A stretch of DNA of 63,189 bases, filler included, from Saprolegnia diclina VS20 (lineage: Eukaryota): assembly GCF_000281045.1 (NCBI RefSeq). It is 9 parts of 2 records of this genome, joined end to end, with 100 filler letters (N's around TTAATTAATTAA, not from the genome) between each part and the next. Parts side by side here need not be neighbours in the genome. Positions count along the whole stretch, not along the records: positions 54,316 to 61,703 come from NW_008246068.1; positions 61,804 to 63,189 come from NW_008246069.1; 7 more parts are not named here. One strand, written 5' to 3'. The first letter of the stretch is position 1. Every line of letters begins with the position of its first letter. A program made the position numbers and the translations under genes. Under the pieces are notes generated by a model. That model saw only the letters and a list, made by a program, of their open reading frames with translations, ran no database searches and had not been told where the DNA came from. Below, in pieces: positions 59,167-63,189 of this stretch.

Positions 59167-62100
59167 GATACATACACACGCACAATGTGTGTTCTTAGAT
59201 GCAAATGCTGTCGATCTATGCTTGACGGGTCTCTTTTCTGCTATTGTTACTTCAGTTTGTCACGTACAGGTCAAGTTGTCGAAGAGTTCGCCATTTACTC
59301 ATTCGGCTAGTAAGTACAGCGTCGGCACAGCACAAGTTGTGCAGCGCAATGCACACTCCATTGTGGCGAATAATCTTTACCATGTTTCCCTTTCGTGAAA
59401 GACGGGAGGGCAAGCTCTTAAGGCTTTGGAAGCGACCTACTGCCGACGAGCACGCGTCCTGCCTCACCCCGTGCTTTGGCGTCTGAGCGCACAACGGCAA
59501 GCGGTCGCATGCCAAATCTACCCTTTACCACCACCAGCCTTGCGCCCAGCCAAGAAAAACGTGTGGTTTTTGTTTCGACCTCTCCGACGAAGCGCATTAC
59601 TAGCATAGCTTGACTAACGATCCTTCCGCCATCAAAAAGGGTCGCTAAGTCACCAAGGAAAGAAGCATCGACCTCGAAACTCAGCTCATAGCTATGAAGA
59701 AAGCGCGTTTAGCGATCGAGACTACTCTCGGAAATGCCAAGCTTATGCACAAGTTTGCCGCCATTGCGACGATGGCCTAAGCCCGGGAGGCCATGAAGAA
59801 GGCAGTCGATACCCAAGATGAAATCGATATGGTTGCGCCGCTTTCTATGGAGATTAAATCGCTTATAAAATGGCAAGCGACTCATACACCCGTTTGACCC
59901 GTTTTTCTATGTAACGTTCCATCACTCTTTTTGTAGATGCCAGTTCGGGCGAACTCTGTTGTTTAAATGGTTTATGGAGCTTGATGGAGCTCATGAATTT
60001 TGCAGGAGTTTCAGCCAATGAGATCGCTGGATTCGACCTGTTCGTCATTCCATCAAGAATTGATGGCCAACTTACACCCCACTATTAGTGCATACCCTTC
60101 ACTTGTCCGGACGTGATTTTCTTCCGATATCCCGAAACGCTGAAATGAAAACGCTGGGCCTCTGCTGCGCGGAAACAGCGAAAATTTAAACGTGCACTGC
60201 CCATCCTCCTGAGCTTTCACTACCGGTACGTGAGCAAAACCTGGTTCGAGACGGCAGCAACACTTCGGTGGCTTGTGTTTGCGTCTTCGGGCGCGGCCGA
60301 GTTATTCGCCACTCGGACTGTCAAGGCGTCTTCGGACGTGATCGAGGCAAACGCTTCTTGGTTTGCGTGCATCTTCACACGAGTGGAGGGTGGTACGATG
60401 ATACTGTATGGTTCTGAGGCCAACGTCAATGGGAAGGGACAGCATCACACCTCCTGCGTGTGAAGCAGGAATCAACCGACTGGATAAAGGACGGTCGAGT
60501 AGGTGCCATCTGCATCATGACAACGGTGACATCCGGGTCGNNNNNNNNNNNNNNNNNNNNNNNNNNNNNNNNNNNNNNNNNNNNNNNNNNNNNNNNNNNN
60601 NNNNNNNNNNNNNNNNNNNNNNNNNNNNNNNNNNNNNNNNNNNNNNNNNNNNNNNNNNNNNNNNNNNNNNNNNNNNNNNNNNNNNNNNNNNNNNNNNNNN
60701 NNNNNNNNNNNNNNNNNNNNNNNNNNNNNNNNNNNNNNNNNNNNNNNNNNNNNNNNNNNNNNNNNNNNNNNNNNNNNNNNNNNNNNNNNNNNNNNNNNNN
60801 NNNNNNNNNNNNNNNNNNNNNNNNNNNNNNNNNNNNNNNNNNNNNNNNNNNNNNNNNNNNNNNNNNNNNNNNNNNNNNNNNNNNNNNNNNNNNNNNNNNN
60901 NNNNNNNNNNNNNNNNNNNNNNNNNNNNNNNNNNNNNNNNNNNNNNNNNNNNNNNNNNNNNNNNNNNNNNNNNNNNNNNNNNNNNNNNNNNNNNNNNNNN
61001 NNNNNNNNNNNNNNNNNNNNNNNNNNNNNNNNNNNNNNNNNNNNNNNNNNNNNNNNNNNNNNNNNNNNNNNNNNNNNNNNNNNNNNNNNNNNNNNNNNNN
61101 NNNNNNNNNNNNNNNNNNNNNNNNNNNNNNNNNNNNNNNNNNNNNNNNNNNNNNNNNNNNNNNNNNNNNNNNNNNNNNNNNNNNNNNGCGCGGACGTGAT
61201 GGGCACATCGGGCGACACTGCCGCAGTTTTTCTCGACACCTGCGGGGTTGTGCAGCTGACAGCAACCACTTTTGGGTTGGCGCTACACGTATCGGCATCG
61301 ATCTCTCGGCTCCCACCGGCTAGTGCGGCTTCACCGACGCATTCCGCGTAGTCGGTAACGCGTTCACGCGGCTCGCCCAAGGCGTATCTCCGAGCAGCAT
61401 CATTTTCAGCACAACTCGGCTCATGCTCCCCTCACTCGTCAACAAGAAGGCGACCATCCATGATCCGTCACGTTTTCTGTACCAGCAGCCTCGTTCGGAA
61501 CCCCGAGTTTGGTGTCGTCTCTTGGCGCGCGTCCATGCATGTTCACGCTCACCGTCGATCCGCACCGCGTTTTTGTGGAGCGCGGAACTTTGCTCGCGCA
61601 CGACCGCTCACCAAGACCAACACAGCTTTCTACTGGGCGCTCGCTTAATTTGGGCTCGCGCAGGCTTCCGGCCAGAGCTGACCTCGACGTACTGGGCGCG
61701 ACCNNNNNNNNNNNNNNNNNNNNNNNNNNNNNNNNNNNNNNNNNNNNTTAATTAATTAANNNNNNNNNNNNNNNNNNNNNNNNNNNNNNNNNNNNNNNNN
61801 NNNGTGACGCAGTCCGAGGTGCCAACACTTGGCTGGTGCAACAAGACGACCTGTTAACTTCCCACTCGAAGTAGACAGGCCTGCTCCTGATTGGTCAGAA
61901 TGGACTATTTTGCGACACGCCGCTTCGACTTCGAAAACGAAGTTCTGTAATAATATGCCCTTATCACCTCACCCTTACCCCGCTAGCAAACCATCTTCCC
62001 TGTCCACCTCACTCCCTTTCCCCGAATGCGAGACCACCTAGCGGCTCTTCACAACCCCCTCTAACCCTCCACCCTCACCCCGAAGGCGCAAGAGCAAGCG

Positions 62101-63189
62101 TGCAGCAACCATCCCTCTCCAAACCCAACAACCTTTTTGCCATTGACACCATTTTTCATCCGATTATTATTACTTCGAACATCTGTCTACTTCCCGTGGG
62201 GAGTTAAGGAGTCCTTGCAACAAGTCCTTGCCGCGCCAGATCGGGTATTTTTCAAGATACGAAACAAGAGTGGGATGAAGCTTCGGGACGTCGTCAAATT
62301 TTTCGTGTCGCTGTTTTGTGACTGNNNNNNNNNNNNNNNNNNNNNNNNNNNNNNNNNNNNNNNNNNNNNNNNNNNNNNNNNNNNNNNNNNNNNNNNNNNN
62401 NNNNNNNNNNNNNNNNNNNNNNNNCAAACCCTGAATCGCGTCATGACCTTCAAAGTGGCGCATGAAGGCAGCGGCTCCCTCGTTGGAAAAGAAGACTCAA
62501 AGCGCTGCGCTAGCTAGCGACAGCCATGTCATTGGTCAGTTGTTGTGCAAGGATTGTGTCTACACCGCTCACTTGGTACGTCGCGCCATCTTTGAGGGTG
62601 AGTGTCGTCACGACGCCGTGCCTGACGAGCAGTTTCGAGTGGTGATCGCTCTACGAAACAAAAGAGGGGGTTCGGGTTACTACGTTGATGCTCTCGGATC
62701 GGTCGTTTTGCCCTCTCAGAGTTCGCACGATAAAGTTGCCGTCCGACGCGTGCGTCTGTATGGGCAGAGAACTGCAACGATCATACACCAGAAGTGGCAG
62801 GCGTGATCGTTTCATATTTCGCTCGACGCAATTTTCTCTAGCGCCGATGATTCGCGAAATTACGTTACATACGCCGGCTTTTGTCGCGAACGTTCAGCAA
62901 ATAATGTGGCATTTGGTGGATGCAAAATGTCATTTTCAGATCTTCCTTGTATTTCGTGGCATGCGTTAAACACGTTTTAGTACGTTAAAGAAGTCAATGC
63001 ACATCGAATGCACAATAACGACTTGGTTTAAACGCCTCCCGGATACGCTGGTCGGTCCGGATACCGTGTACGAGGATTTCATTTCGCCCATTCGAAGCCA
63101 TGAGCACCGGCGTCCGAGCACGCTCCGCGCGGCCGCCGCAGCGAAGAGGATGGGCTCATGGAGACATCTTGGTGGAAGAGAGCCATCTT

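Larger units (their letters stand above)
55776..60265 (+). repeat. Composite decayed repeat, copy B, with about 1.17-kb insertion
   Basis: Collinear with copy A apart from indels and the insertion at about 57992-59166. Confidence 0.85.

Noticed and set aside
60408..61380. Long ORFs spanning N runs (also 16888-18445 and 29876-30485)
   Set aside because: Their length is an artefact of translating through Ns.

Overview
Draft-assembly window from a GC-rich eukaryote with very short (about 40-55 nt) GT-AG introns. Gene content (S33 hydrolase array, FYVE-GAF proteins, astacin) suggests an oomycete, probably Saprolegniales; this is inference. Bases 1-44.3 kb are gene-dense. They hold three S33 alpha/beta-hydrolases, UTP5/WDR43, a coiled-coil protein, an astacin, two tandem Vms1/ANKZF1 genes, a 5-exon FKBP, a RINGv-AlgH-like protein, FYVE proteins, a BUD23-like methyltransferase, MOCS2B, an RBR ligase, a DENN-ENTH-like protein head-to-head with a double RhoGAP-like protein, and MCM4. 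Bases 44.4-63.2 kb are gene-poor and repeat-rich. They hold a tRNA-Val with a GAC anticodon, a palindromic NMD3/ADH contig that is probably misassembled, an imperfect 183-nt hairpin, and two decayed copies of a composite repeat carrying an M20 amidohydrolase pseudogene fragment. Eight 100-bp gaps carry an artificial TTAATTAATTAA spacer, so adjacency across them is unproven. The most interesting leads are the G.U-biased gene-derived hairpin, the tRNA-Val(GAC), the RINGv + split AlgH/YqgE architecture, the DENN-ENTH and arginine-finger-less RhoGAP pair, and a recurring TATCCGGATA promoter motif. All domain calls were made by eye, with no database searches.
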